IMG/VR virus record: IMGVR_UViG_3300042922_000850
Span: 1-64,000 of that record
Strand: one strand, 5' to 3'
DNA length: 64,000 bases
Source of the DNA: a virus
In this document: piece by piece, positions 38,771 through 48,620 of the stretch
How the letters are laid out: the number at the start of each line of letters is the position of its first letter
Numbering within the stretch: the stretch's first letter is position 1
The notes under the pieces: generated by a model
Database searches by the model: none
Told to the model about the DNA's origin: nothing
Seen by the model: only the letters and a program-made list of their open reading frames with translations
Translations under genes and position numbers: made by a program

Positions 38771-40456
38771 TTAATAATACAGCGCTGTTCCGGTTCCTTG
38801 ATCTCTTTTTTTAGATTCTGCTATGCCTACACCGGCACCAGCGCCAACGAGAACAGCGCCTCTTGCTTTCTTCCTGGATGAAACTGCTTTGGTATACGCT
38901 TTCTCGGCATCTTCTACAGCTTTTTTCGCACCATCAATGTCTAACTCTTGTTCAAATCCATTCAGCTTTTTCTTAGCATTTGAGATTTCGCTGTCCAAGT
39001 CATTTTGTATTCTTCTTGACTGTTGCTTCGCCATGCTCTGAGCCTGATTTAATTCGGTCTTTCCATTCATGCGTTCCATATCAGCTTTGATCTTGGTCGG
39101 AGAAAGATACTTTGACGGGTTGAGAGGATGCTTTAAGGCGTTTTCATTAAGGACTTCGTCGGTTCTACGAGCAACGCCCTCATACTTGTCAAAAGCATCA
39201 CTAAGCATCCCGTTTGCACTTTCCATGCGAGGATGAATATCCAAGTTCTTCTTGGACTTTGCTAAGTTATCGAGAGTGCTTCGTGCACCCTTTATTCGGT
39301 CATCGTTAACTTTTGCAGACAGTACACTTGACGCATTATCTAAGTTTTTTTTTGCGTTTCTTGCAGTAGACCCAATTAATGCTTTGCCGAAAGCAGCAAA
39401 ACCTTTTCCGGCAGATGCGAGTTTTTCAGCTTGCTCTTCTGTGAGACCAGCGGATTTAATAAAATCACTTCTCTTCCCCATAGCAATTTTAGCTAACTGT
39501 GCATTAGAAGAAACGTTACTCATTTTCTCGGTAAGGCCACTAACATCTTTAATTGTAACTCCATTCGTCACCACAACCGGAAGCACCTGATTACTCTTGG
39601 TTGTAAAGGCAGCTTCTTTCATAAAAGAATATTGCTTCAATGAAAACTCACTAGCTTTCTTTGTGATGTCTGCAAACTCAATTTCCAATGAATAATCTTG
39701 TGGTAACTCGCGAGCTTCTTTCATTACTCCAATTTTTTGCTCTATTGTCTTTTTTACGAGTAATTGATCCTTGGGGTTACATTGAGCCATTTTACACATT
39801 TGATCAAATACCTCTTGAGTATTCACGCCATGTCTTGAATACTGAATGAGCGCATCTGCAATGATGTGTGAATTCTCCGCAACTTTATCCATGCATTTTT
39901 GAATTTCTGTGTCGACAGATGTTAATGCCGAAGCTGTTCTTTCGAGATCAATGTTTTCTTTTGTTCGTTCTAAATCCGTGGACATAGGCGCGAATTCATA
40001 AGGAACAAAATTGAACATGTTCAAATGGTCTCCGTTATCAGCGTCCCAACTAGCTTTTTTCTCTAAGCCGTTCCGGTCAGATAAGTTTGCCTGATGTTCG
40101 GCTTTTGAACCGATAACATTGTTTTTCTCACCGAGTTCGTCTTTTATTTGCTTTAAAGATGCCAGGTCAAACACAACGTCGCGGTCCGGGGAATTATTCA
40201 TCTGATTATATTTAATTAAATAAACCTGATTATTTACTTCCTCTACTATTCTTTGTATTTGGTCACTGTTTAGATTATCTTTTTTGGCAATTTTAGCGAT
40301 GGCTTTATTTAAATCAATATGAAACTTCATATATTCGTTCACAACAGCATCTTTGTATGGTCCTAGCTTGTGAGCGAAATCGCCAGTTGAAATTTTGGTT
40401 TCAGGAGCGCTGAAACCGCCCGATAGGGCGTCTAATAATGATGGCAAATAAATCAC
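38771..40456 (-). CDS. Putative internal head/ejection protein with K-x-A sites and C-terminal hydrophobic Gly-rich tail
   Basis: EKKAS, DKVA, KKAS, MKEAA, EKLAS; GAVLVGAGAGVGIA. Confidence 0.55.
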   Translation of the reverse strand: MIYLPSLLDALSGGFSAPETKISTGDFAHKLGPYKDAVVNEYMKFHIDLNKAIAKIAKKDNLNSDQIQRIVEEVNNQVYLIKYNQMNNSPDRDVVFDLASLKQIKDELGEKNNVIGSKAEHQANLSDRNGLEKKASWDADNGDHLNMFNFVPYEFAPMSTDLERTKENIDLERTASALTSVDTEIQKCMDKVAENSHIIADALIQYSRHGVNTQEVFDQMCKMAQCNPKDQLLVKKTIEQKIGVMKEARELPQDYSLEIEFADITKKASEFSLKQYSFMKEAAFTTKSNQVLPVVVTNGVTIKDVSGLTEKMSNVSSNAQLAKIAMGKRSDFIKSAGLTEEQAEKLASAGKGFAAFGKALIGSTARNAKKNLDNASSVLSAKVNDDRIKGARSTLDNLAKSKKNLDIHPRMESANGMLSDAFDKYEGVARRTDEVLNENALKHPLNPSKYLSPTKIKADMERMNGKTELNQAQSMAKQQSRRIQNDLDSEISNAKKKLNGFEQELDIDGAKKAVEDAEKAYTKAVSSRKKARGAVLVGAGAGVGIAESKKRDQGTGTALYY

Positions 40457-40541
40457 CTCCTATTTCTTTCTAAACTTATTATATGTGTTTTGATAAGAAA
40501 AAACAAGTTCAGGAGCGCATTCAAAAACAAGGCTTTTTCTA

Positions 40542-40556
40542 GTATAAGAGATAAAA
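40542..40556 (+). promoter_or_regulatory. Conserved phage motif, copy 3
   Basis: gtataagagataaaa. Confidence 0.7.
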
Positions 40557-40591
40557 GGAATAATTGTAATAATAAAGGAGGATTTTAAAAT

Positions 40592-40771
40592 ATGGGATTG
40601 GCGAAAGCGATTGACATAGGAGCAAAAGGAATGAAAGTGGTAGTGAGTTTTGGATCGGGAATAGCGATAACAGCACTAGGAGTAAAAGCAAAAAAGATAG
40701 TAAAAGTAATTAGTAATACTCACATTGATAAGCAAGCAAAATGGATCAAAGATACATTTAATATTCATTAA
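40592..40771 (+). CDS. 59-aa small membrane-type protein (not in ORF track)
   Basis: AAAGGAGG RBS; MGLAKAIDIGAKGMKVVVSFGSGIAITALGV... Confidence 0.7.
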   Translation: MGLAKAIDIGAKGMKVVVSFGSGIAITALGVKAKKIVKVISNTHIDKQAKWIKDTFNIH

Positions 40772-40791
40772 ATAAAAAGGAGGCTTTAATA

Positions 40792-41124
40792 ATGGAAGCA
40801 CAAGTAATAATTAGAGAGATTGGTAAAGAATTAGTAAAAGGAAGAACAGTAGCAACAGCATTAAAAATACTTACGGGAGTAGGAATTGGCGTAGTATCAG
40901 TAAAAGCAGGAGCAAAAAAGAAAGAAGAAGGAGAAATGTTTGGCGACAACACAGAAGTTAAAGATAACAAAAAAATCGCAATAATAGGTATAGGAATGGC
41001 AATTGGAGCAACAGTAATTGTAGCAGCAAAAAATGCAGTACCAAGAATAATAGCAGCAACAAAAGTAGCGGCGGAAGTATGGACAGAAACAACAGAGAAT
41101 GGAGTTGAAATAACACACTTTTAA
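40792..41124 (+). CDS. Small protein with two hydrophobic segments
   Basis: AAGGAGG RBS; ILTGVGIGVVSV, IAIIGIGMAIGATVIVAA. Confidence 0.75.
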   Translation: MEAQVIIREIGKELVKGRTVATALKILTGVGIGVVSVKAGAKKKEEGEMFGDNTEVKDNKKIAIIGIGMAIGATVIVAAKNAVPRIIAATKVAAEVWTETTENGVEITHF

Positions 41125-41133
41125 TAAAATAAA

Positions 41134-41160
41134 CGGGCAGCGTAAGCTGCCCAAACTTTT
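41134..41160 (+). terminator. Terminator gggcagc-gtaa-gctgccc
   Basis: GC stem with GTAA loop between convergent genes. Confidence 0.7.
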
Positions 41161-42783
41161 TTAAATTGTTCCACCATAGGCACTGGAAAACTCAACTGCA
41201 GTTCCTCCGCCACCGCCTTTTCCATATAATTTAGCCGCTAGATATGCATACACGCACGAATGCAACCCATCGTCGGGTTGGCCTTCCGGGTGAGTATAGA
41301 ATAAATCCTCAGATTTTCCGCTTTGAGCTTTACGATACTCCGCAAGCTCAACTAAATGATGGTCATAAAGCCATGAATATTTTGATCTATCCGAACCTGG
41401 CCATAAAATTTCTTTTTTGTGAACAGCGGTAATATATTGTTGCATTACTTCTGTACGATTAACGACCCACATTGTTTTTTGTGGATTGTATTTTGCTTTC
41501 TGATTTTGGTTAAATGAGTAGTAGCACGCGGCTACCCGACTACCAAACAGAGCTCTTAATTTTTTATACTGAACAAATCCAAATCCCCAATCGACGATAG
41601 CATATGCAATACGAAATAAATTCATCAGGTTGCAAATATCTCTTAATTGCCAATCCGGGTCTAATTCTTCGCCCTTTTCATATCGTTTATTGAATATCAT
41701 CTGAAATCTTCCTGATGAATTATATGAATAAATAGTTACAACTGTAAATGACTTTTCACCAGTTCCCCAGTCTACACCCATGAAATTCTTAGTATTAGAG
41801 AATTCTCTTTCGGCTCTAGGATATAGCTTTAAGTCATTGGTGCTGATACCGGCAAGAACCAATGAAGTAAACGGTTTATCTGCATTTTCATAGCTACGAC
41901 CAAGCACCTCGTTGTGGAATTTATCCGAGGAATAAGTCGTATACTTTGCCCAAATATCGTCTGCCTGTATCCATGGCACCATAAGTTGAGAAATACGGAA
42001 TCCTTTTAACTTTCTATCCGGTTGTAACTCATACCAAAAGCCGTTAATGATACTGGCTTTTGGTAAATCTCGCTTACATTTTCGGCATACAAATCTGGTA
42101 GGTTCAAGGTTCTTGATACCCATGACCTGATGCGTATTACAATGCGGGCATTTAACAATCCATTCGTTTTGAGTAGACCGATCCCAATATTGTTGGATTG
42201 TATTACTGAAGGTCTTAGGAGTGCCAGTATACCAAGTTACCCTCATTCTGGCTCCGGCATCCAAAGCATGCGACTGGGTCTCCTTTATAACTGGAATGGC
42301 ATCAATGTGAATATCTTGAATTTCATCACCCCACACACCGTTTACAGTGATACCACGAATATTGTCTGCCATTCCAAAACAATGTTTAAAATAATTAATG
42401 GACCCATTATTAAATTCTTTAAATTGTACAGCCTGTGAATCCTGTTTCCCAATGAAATTGTTTTTTACAACTTGATCCTGACTATACTCATATATCTTGC
42501 CAATTCTTTCTTTTGAAAACTCACGCACTTGGGAAGTCAATGGCGCAAAATATAACGCTTTAAAATGTGGCTTCGTTAATGTTAAAGTACCTATCATTGT
42601 AGAATTTGTAGTAGATTTTTCTACTTGCCGGCCCGACATAATAATGCCTTCTTCGATGTCTGCATCATAGATGGGTTTTAAGTAGTGTCGGTCCGTTAAC
42701 CGAAACGGCCTACCATCTAATTGAAATGTGGCTTCTGCGAACACAGACGGCACTACCTGTATCTTATTTGCTATTTCGCTCAA
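41161..42783 (-). CDS. Terminase large subunit (lambda gpA-like)
   Basis: MSGRQVEKST Walker A variant, DEIQD Walker B, TGTP, CPHC..CRKC, GVDWG nuclease, PDD..H. Confidence 0.9.
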   Translation of the reverse strand: MSEIANKIQVVPSVFAEATFQLDGRPFRLTDRHYLKPIYDADIEEGIIMSGRQVEKSTTNSTMIGTLTLTKPHFKALYFAPLTSQVREFSKERIGKIYEYSQDQVVKNNFIGKQDSQAVQFKEFNNGSINYFKHCFGMADNIRGITVNGVWGDEIQDIHIDAIPVIKETQSHALDAGARMRVTWYTGTPKTFSNTIQQYWDRSTQNEWIVKCPHCNTHQVMGIKNLEPTRFVCRKCKRDLPKASIINGFWYELQPDRKLKGFRISQLMVPWIQADDIWAKYTTYSSDKFHNEVLGRSYENADKPFTSLVLAGISTNDLKLYPRAEREFSNTKNFMGVDWGTGEKSFTVVTIYSYNSSGRFQMIFNKRYEKGEELDPDWQLRDICNLMNLFRIAYAIVDWGFGFVQYKKLRALFGSRVAACYYSFNQNQKAKYNPQKTMWVVNRTEVMQQYITAVHKKEILWPGSDRSKYSWLYDHHLVELAEYRKAQSGKSEDLFYTHPEGQPDDGLHSCVYAYLAAKLYGKGGGGGTAVEFSSAYGGTI

Positions 42784-42880
42784 TAAATTTCACCGCCTTT
42801 ACATATTCGATTATAACATAACCAGACAATTTTAGTAAATCTCTCACAATTAACAAGCCTTAACTTGGGTGGATTTTCTC

Positions 42881-42895
42881 GTATAAGAAATAAAA
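42881..42895 (+). promoter_or_regulatory. Conserved phage motif, copy 4
   Basis: gtataagaaataaaa. Confidence 0.7.
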
Positions 42896-42921
42896 CAAAA
42901 AGAAAAGGAGACAAAATAATT

Positions 42922-43254
42922 ATGGCACACGCAATTTTATCAAAGAACGAAAGATATTCAGTAGATATTACGGTAGAGAACGTAGGAAGAATCGAGGATG
43001 GAAAATATAAAGAGGATGACAATCAGAATAGTGTTATCAAATATAAAAAAGAATATGAGAAAGACGATATATTAAAAATGGCAAAAGATTTAAAAAACAG
43101 TGAATTACACGGGGAATTAATAGTGTATGAAATATCAAGAGCTTACAGCATTGTAGACGAAGTTTACAAAAATAAAGATACAAAACAAGAAGAACATTAT
43201 AAAGCATTAAGATTGGTACCAAGCTATGAAAAGATAGATAAGTATAAATTTTAA
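42922..43254 (+). CDS. Hypothetical cassette protein
   Basis: AAAAGGAG RBS before MAHAILSK. Confidence 0.7.
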   Translation: MAHAILSKNERYSVDITVENVGRIEDGKYKEDDNQNSVIKYKKEYEKDDILKMAKDLKNSELHGELIVYEISRAYSIVDEVYKNKDTKQEEHYKALRLVPSYEKIDKYKF

Positions 43255-43284
43255 AAAATCAGGGGCATTTGCCCCTGATTTTTT
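43253..43284. terminator. Terminator with CAGGGGCA/TGCCCCTG core
   Basis: 15-bp arms, T-tails on both strands. Confidence 0.75.
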
Positions 43285-43292
43285 TTCGCCTA

Positions 43293-44411
43293 TTAATGTT
43301 CCCTTTTCTTTTCAAAATTATACTGCGGATAAAAATCACCCTCTTGCGACTTGAGTTTACCTTTGGATTTATCTTCATGTGCTCTGTAACCTAGATATGC
43401 TCCTCCGCCAATAGCGCCATAAGAACCTACAGTCTTTGCAATTTCTTTACCATAGTTTAATTTCGCCTCACCGAGCATACTGTCCGTAACATTTTTTAAG
43501 CTATCGTTTGGCTTATCAAAAGCTGCTAACACATGGTTGATACTTTTTGAATGAGACTTAGCGCCATTTAAAATGCCTTTTGCGTTTTTTATATTTTTTC
43601 CAGTGAGAACATCACCAACGCCCTTTAATATACTTTGATTTGAAGCTATTCTCTCAAATCCATAAGAGATAATTTCATCAGCAATTTTATCTTCTTCAGA
43701 TTGAAAAGCGGCAATTTTCTCAAAAACTTCGTCAACAATTTCAGTGGCTTGCTTAAAATCTGTGTTACTTATTTTATTCTTCTTTGATTTTATAATGGTC
43801 TCGGGGGTCTGAGTAAGCTGCACGAAATCACCAACATCACCAACAGCTTTTAATGCTCCTCCTGCAGCTAATCCTCCGCCAATGACCTTTACTGCTTTCT
43901 TCTTATCGCCCCAACTGGTTTTCCCAATAACCTTGGGTACATTCTTAACGATATCAACCATGCTGTCAGCGAGCTTACCTTTATTCTTTAGCATCATGCC
44001 AAAATAGAGTGCACTCGGTATACCTTTTACAGCACTAAGCTTCGCATAATCCTTAACACTTGGGTTGCTCCCGAGCTCTTTGTTATGAAGCTTCTGCATC
44101 CTAACATTAGGGACTACTATATCTGATGCCACACCGCTAAGTGCGTAAACCGGAAGAGCATAATTTAACACTGCTTTTCTTAGCGTTCGATTTTTTTGCA
44201 AAGAATCCATAGCTTTCCACGACTGACCAGATAACCCCTTTTTCAGGCCATAGCCAAGCGCCAGAGCAGTACTACCTTTTACGACCGGACTGATTATAAA
44301 GCTATCTTTTGTTGTTGAAAGAACCCTGTCTTTAACTACGTCTTTGGCGGTATTAATGAACTGATCCTTTTTTGTTCCTATATTATTATTTCCTGCTTGA
44401 TTAACAGACAT
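43293..44411 (-). CDS. Modular basic protein with hydrophobic Gly-rich segments and K-x-A tags
   Basis: KQATEIVDEVFEKIA, DKIADEIISYGFERIA. Confidence 0.6.
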   Translation of the reverse strand: MSVNQAGNNNIGTKKDQFINTAKDVVKDRVLSTTKDSFIISPVVKGSTALALGYGLKKGLSGQSWKAMDSLQKNRTLRKAVLNYALPVYALSGVASDIVVPNVRMQKLHNKELGSNPSVKDYAKLSAVKGIPSALYFGMMLKNKGKLADSMVDIVKNVPKVIGKTSWGDKKKAVKVIGGGLAAGGALKAVGDVGDFVQLTQTPETIIKSKKNKISNTDFKQATEIVDEVFEKIAAFQSEEDKIADEIISYGFERIASNQSILKGVGDVLTGKNIKNAKGILNGAKSHSKSINHVLAAFDKPNDSLKNVTDSMLGEAKLNYGKEIAKTVGSYGAIGGGAYLGYRAHEDKSKGKLKSQEGDFYPQYNFEKKREH

Positions 44412-44482
44412 ACAAAAACCCCTTTCACACAGATATCGTTAAGTTAATAATATCACAGAAGGGGCCTTGTTTCCAATAAATT

Positions 44483-44887
44483 TTAATGCCTAAGTCCATT
44501 TGCCGAAGATTTATAGAGTTTTGCAATAACCTTAGAGTTGTAATCTTCGGTTTGATAATCTTGACCAAGATAGATCTGGCGATCTTCTCGAAGAGAGACA
44601 TCATGAATAATTACGTATTTTTGGATATCCTGTTTTGTGCCGTCTACGGTAACAAGATTTTTTATATCTGCTCCGTACGCAACAAGTATTCCTTTATGTA
44701 ATAAAAATTCTTTTTCCTCATCATTTTCTTTATAAATAATATAAGCTGCTACCAAATCTCCGTATTCGGCGGATTCAAACATTGCGTCATGGTGTTCAAA
44801 GAAAACATAGTTATTTAGATAGCTAGAGATTTCCTTTATTTCGGATAAAGCACTTCGTAATTGTGTTAGTATTTTATCAAAAAACAT
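44483..44887 (-). CDS. Hypothetical protein
   Basis: AGGAGGG RBS. Confidence 0.7.
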   Translation of the reverse strand: MFFDKILTQLRSALSEIKEISSYLNNYVFFEHHDAMFESAEYGDLVAAYIIYKENDEEKEFLLHKGILVAYGADIKNLVTVDGTKQDIQKYVIIHDVSLREDRQIYLGQDYQTEDYNSKVIAKLYKSSANGLRH

Positions 44888-44902
44888 AATTAAACCCTCC
44901 TG

Positions 44903-45235
44903 TTATGAATTATATTTTTTTTGAAGATTAGTTTGAGTATCTACAAGTACATGGTTGTCGTGATAGTGAATACACGTGGTCCATTCACTTATCTCTGGAC
45001 TGCTCTCTTTATTAACGATATGAACTTTCTCGTTTTCTGCTACATTAAGCAATCTTATTCCCGATCCTCCTATAGATGCTAAGAAAAAGAGTTCGTCACA
45101 TTCGTCTGCCAGGGGCAACAAACTAACTAAATGCCTTACTGCATCCACACGATATTTACAACCCATCGATAACTGGAAATTATCTAATCTTTCAATCTGG
45201 TCATCATCTAATTCAATTATAAATTTTTGGCTCAT
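44903..45235 (-). CDS. Putative ribbon-helix-helix regulator
   Basis: KFIIELDDDQIERLD.......YRVDAVRHLV. Confidence 0.5.
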   Translation of the reverse strand: MSQKFIIELDDDQIERLDNFQLSMGCKYRVDAVRHLVSLLPLADECDELFFLASIGGSGIRLLNVAENEKVHIVNKESSPEISEWTTCIHYHDNHVLVDTQTNLQKKYNS

Positions 45236-45355
45236 ACAATACACCCCTTTCTAGTATATACTATAACCCAATATATATATAAAATCAAGTGTTGAATTAT
45301 ATAGAGTATACGTGTATAATATATATCAAGAAGGGAGTGTATTGTATGAGCCAAA
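45226..45355. promoter_or_regulatory. Divergent sigA-like promoters flanked by a 19-bp inverted repeat containing both start codons
   Basis: GTGTATTGTATGAGCCAAA on both strands; TTGAAT-17-TATAAT (+) and TTGATT-17-TATAGT (-). Confidence 0.7.
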
Positions 45356-45651
45356 CAAAAACTTATTTTATTGCCAGAATGATGCAAGAGATATTAGCTT
45401 ATCACGGAGAAGACGTATCAGCATATCCGGTGGGTCAGATAGAGAAAGATATTTCTCTAATGCAGACGATAGAAAAAGTTACCGCGGAGGAATTCTATAA
45501 CGCAAAGAAAATGACAACCAGTATAAATTTCGATAAACTTCCGATATCCAGACGAGCGCAGATAGGTCTTGAGGTCCGCACATATTTGAGAGCGAGGGAC
45601 TTATATGAAGAAATTTCTCATTCTTTGCTTGATGAAACGGGGGCGGAGTAA
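45346..45651 (+). CDS. Hypothetical protein
   Basis: Start MSQTK after AAGGGAG. Confidence 0.7.
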   Translation: MSQTKTYFIARMMQEILAYHGEDVSAYPVGQIEKDISLMQTIEKVTAEEFYNAKKMTTSINFDKLPISRRAQIGLEVRTYLRARDLYEEISHSLLDETGAE

Positions 45652-46274
45652 TGCAGAATGAACAGCACACATTTGATTTTGATCATCTATCATCGGTAAT
45701 AGAAGAGAGATTATCGAAATTTAAGAATTCCGAGGAAAACTTTTTCATCTGTGATAGATTGCATGATAACAGTAGCTTCCTGTGTATTTACAAAGATTCA
45801 ATGTTCCACTATACGGACGGAGTACTACTTTCCGAAAGAGTGTATCTTGAAAAAGCAGTAAAATATGAAGACCAGGAAATCATAAAGTACACGAATGAAA
45901 ACAAAGCACTCTATGATGAGTTCCTGCACTTTACCGAAGAAGCTTCGAAAAATGAAAATATAGCTCAGGAAGAAGTTGCTCAAAAATTAAAAGAATATAC
46001 AGATAGGTTCGAGACAGAATCCTTGCCAAAAGAAAAAATAAAGTTACCATACATCCAACTACAAGATTCTGGTAAAAAAATATTGCTGACTAAAATTAAT
46101 GATATTTCAGGAGAGGCTCTCCAAGCAATGTCTAAGGTTATGGCCGAGCATATTATCTCATTTTACAGAACGATGTTTTTTGCCACGGAAAATGATTATG
46201 GTGTTATGTTAAGAAGCGTTGAGTCTAATGATTTTATTGATATTGTTGCTGTTATAATAAAAGAGGAGAGTTGA
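45651..46274 (+). CDS. Hypothetical protein
   Basis: Overlapping stop/start with previous gene. Confidence 0.7.
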   Translation: MQNEQHTFDFDHLSSVIEERLSKFKNSEENFFICDRLHDNSSFLCIYKDSMFHYTDGVLLSERVYLEKAVKYEDQEIIKYTNENKALYDEFLHFTEEASKNENIAQEEVAQKLKEYTDRFETESLPKEKIKLPYIQLQDSGKKILLTKINDISGEALQAMSKVMAEHIISFYRTMFFATENDYGVMLRSVESNDFIDIVAVIIKEES

Positions 46275-46295
46275 TTAACTCTCCTCTTTTATTAT
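46254..46295. terminator. Bidirectional terminator-like palindrome
   Basis: 19-bp arms between convergent genes. Confidence 0.7.
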
Positions 46296-47573
46296 CTATT
46301 CTACTTCAGAGCTATCATCATGCATAATGATATTTGTTCCGAGTTCCTCGATGCCATCAATTTCATCCGGATTAATCATCGGATTGAGAATTCCTGCGTC
46401 TATGTCAGCGAGTTCACTATTTGCTCTCTTAATTTGTTCATCTGCAATATCTTCAATACGTCTTTTATATAATTCCATAATAACACTCTGGGAGTGTGTG
46501 TCACTAACTCCACCTTTTGCCGGGTCTACAGATTTAATCATTTCTACTTTATCATGAGCAAAAGCCATCATCTTTGCTGTTTTAACAAGAGGGTCAACAA
46601 CATCTCTGTCTTTATAACCATCTAGCTGAACAAAGCGGGTATATCCCCTTACAACGATATCAGAGAACATAGAAAGGAAATCATTTCGGTCTTCTGTTGC
46701 AGATCTGAACGCAAACTCCGAGTACATTGCGTTCAGAGTTTTAATATTATCGACAAGTTCATCAATGCGTGTTTGGCTTTGCTTTTTAATTAATAGCCGC
46801 TCTCCGAGATCCATGTCAGAATAATCGTCCAGAATATCAATATCTTTTAAAAGCTGTTCGAGAGAAACTTTTTCAGATTCTAGCGATTGAATTCTTTCTT
46901 CCACGGATTGAGTCTTGATATTGAAGAACGATTTCTTATAGCAAGCAATGTCATATCTGTTAATTTTTGTATCGAGTTTGGTCTTGAAATATTCTGCAAT
47001 TCTCATATCTGGAACGTTTTCTAAAATCATCTTATCGATTAAATATCGTTTTGGATGGAGCAGAATTTTATCAACCACTTTAAATGTGGTTGAGGAATCA
47101 AGAATTCTTTCTCCGTTTTCGTCCACAGGCAACCGCGTTGCATTGCCGTGATATTTATAAATTTCGTTAAGCCATAACTCTCCGACTTCAATATACTGAA
47201 TAAATTTACAGAATTTCACCTGCATATCTAAGTCGTTATCGATATGTAGTCGGTAATTTAAAATGTCTTTTGAGAAGTCTCCTCTGGAATTGCTTTCTCT
47301 AAGGAGTTTGTTTTTATAGTCGCTATATAATGGACTTACTCCGAACGCTTTTGTAATTGGATCAATAAGACACAGATAATAAGCGGCAAGATTTGGTTCA
47401 TGAGGTGCGGACAACCCCAACCGGTATAACTCTTTCTTGATCACAGTGGGAGAGTACCGTTTTGTTAATAAATATCTTATATATCTAACATGAGGCTTCG
47501 ATTCTATCGTCTTGATTGTACTTTTAAATTTAGGGTCAATTAAATCATAGTTTACCTCAAACATAATTATCAC
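46296..47573 (-). CDS. Hypothetical helical protein (possible small terminase, unproven)
   Basis: Own TTTACT-17-TATAAT promoter; HTH-like and coiled-coil segments; lacks cargo tags. Confidence 0.6.
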   Translation of the reverse strand: MIIMFEVNYDLIDPKFKSTIKTIESKPHVRYIRYLLTKRYSPTVIKKELYRLGLSAPHEPNLAAYYLCLIDPITKAFGVSPLYSDYKNKLLRESNSRGDFSKDILNYRLHIDNDLDMQVKFCKFIQYIEVGELWLNEIYKYHGNATRLPVDENGERILDSSTTFKVVDKILLHPKRYLIDKMILENVPDMRIAEYFKTKLDTKINRYDIACYKKSFFNIKTQSVEERIQSLESEKVSLEQLLKDIDILDDYSDMDLGERLLIKKQSQTRIDELVDNIKTLNAMYSEFAFRSATEDRNDFLSMFSDIVVRGYTRFVQLDGYKDRDVVDPLVKTAKMMAFAHDKVEMIKSVDPAKGGVSDTHSQSVIMELYKRRIEDIADEQIKRANSELADIDAGILNPMINPDEIDGIEELGTNIIMHDDSSEVE

Positions 47574-47637
47574 TCCTTCCTTACAGACTTAATTATAATG
47601 GAATTGCGAAAATAAGTAAATAAATTAAAAACAGGCG

Positions 47638-47784
47638 TTATTTCTGCCTGTTTTTAATTGCTTCAGCATAGATTGCTTTCTCGTGCTTTTTTACTTTCTT
47701 TTCATTCTCTTTAATCCACATAAATGTCCCTGGGATTTTCTTCATCTTTTCAAGTTCTGCAGGAGAATATTTTAGAGACAGCAT
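47638..47784 (-). CDS. 48-aa basic peptide (not in ORF track)
   Basis: MLSLKYSPAELEKMKKIPG...KVKKHEKAIYAEAIKNRQK*. Confidence 0.5.
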   Translation of the reverse strand: MLSLKYSPAELEKMKKIPGTFMWIKENEKKVKKHEKAIYAEAIKNRQK

Positions 47785-47795
47785 AATTAATTACC

Positions 47796-48590
47796 CTATG
47801 CTTCTATTGTCTCAGAAGCACCCTTTAATATTTTTGCTTTCTCGGCGCTTCTGATACCTTCATAAGCATCACGCGGGCCCTGATTTTTCATTTTACTTAA
47901 ATAGATCTTTCTGGTCTCGTCGTCCGTGTATTTCTCTGTGCCAAAATCACTATTTACTAATTTATATTGGTCATCGAGTTTTTTATTAGCAACTAATGTA
48001 CCGGGGATAAGTCCTATTATGGCACCGTTTTTTACAGCTGTCGGCATATGACCGCCTCTCAGTCCTCCTATGGTTGCTCCGACAAGCGCTCCGGCTCCAG
48101 CGCCCACAGCCATGCCGCTAGCATCTTTAAGTCGTTTTTTCATCGGATAGTTTTCCTTCAAATATTCATCGTACTCTTTGGTTGTCGCTTTGCGATTTTT
48201 CCTAAGTTCTTTTCTCTGCTCAAAACTTAACATAGCTTCTTTTTCAAGACTGGATAGGTTCTGTTCGAATCCTCCAAGAATATTCAGAGCCATTTTCTCA
48301 ACATACTCTTCCGCTGGCATTTCTTCTTCTGCCATCTTTGTGATCTCGTTGGTTAAAACTTCAGCAATTGCTTGACTAAAAAGATAGCCATCGTTAGCAA
48401 CTTTTACAAAAACAGCGTCCGCAAAGTCGCTAGAATACTCAGGATCGGTCTTAACAGAACTGCAGATATTTGCACTGTACTCTGCCACTTTCTCCATGCT
48501 GATATTTGAGGAAAATCCAGAATTAATTTCTTCCTCGGCTTTCTTCTCAAATATTTTATCTAATAGTTCCGATGCTTTTACTTCAATCAT
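47796..48590 (-). CDS. K-x-A-rich acidic propeptide plus basic glycine-zipper domain
   Basis: VKASELLDKIFEKKA, EKVA, KMA, EKEA; GMAVGAGAGALVGATIGG. Confidence 0.65.
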   Translation of the reverse strand: MIEVKASELLDKIFEKKAEEEINSGFSSNISMEKVAEYSANICSSVKTDPEYSSDFADAVFVKVANDGYLFSQAIAEVLTNEITKMAEEEMPAEEYVEKMALNILGGFEQNLSSLEKEAMLSFEQRKELRKNRKATTKEYDEYLKENYPMKKRLKDASGMAVGAGAGALVGATIGGLRGGHMPTAVKNGAIIGLIPGTLVANKKLDDQYKLVNSDFGTEKYTDDETRKIYLSKMKNQGPRDAYEGIRSAEKAKILKGASETIEA

Positions 48591-48620
48591 TGATAATTAC
48601 TCCCTTCATTATTTGATAAA

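Noticed and set aside
48262-48273. GTTCGAATCC T-loop-like sequence
   Set aside because: Inside a coding region with no tRNA stems around it
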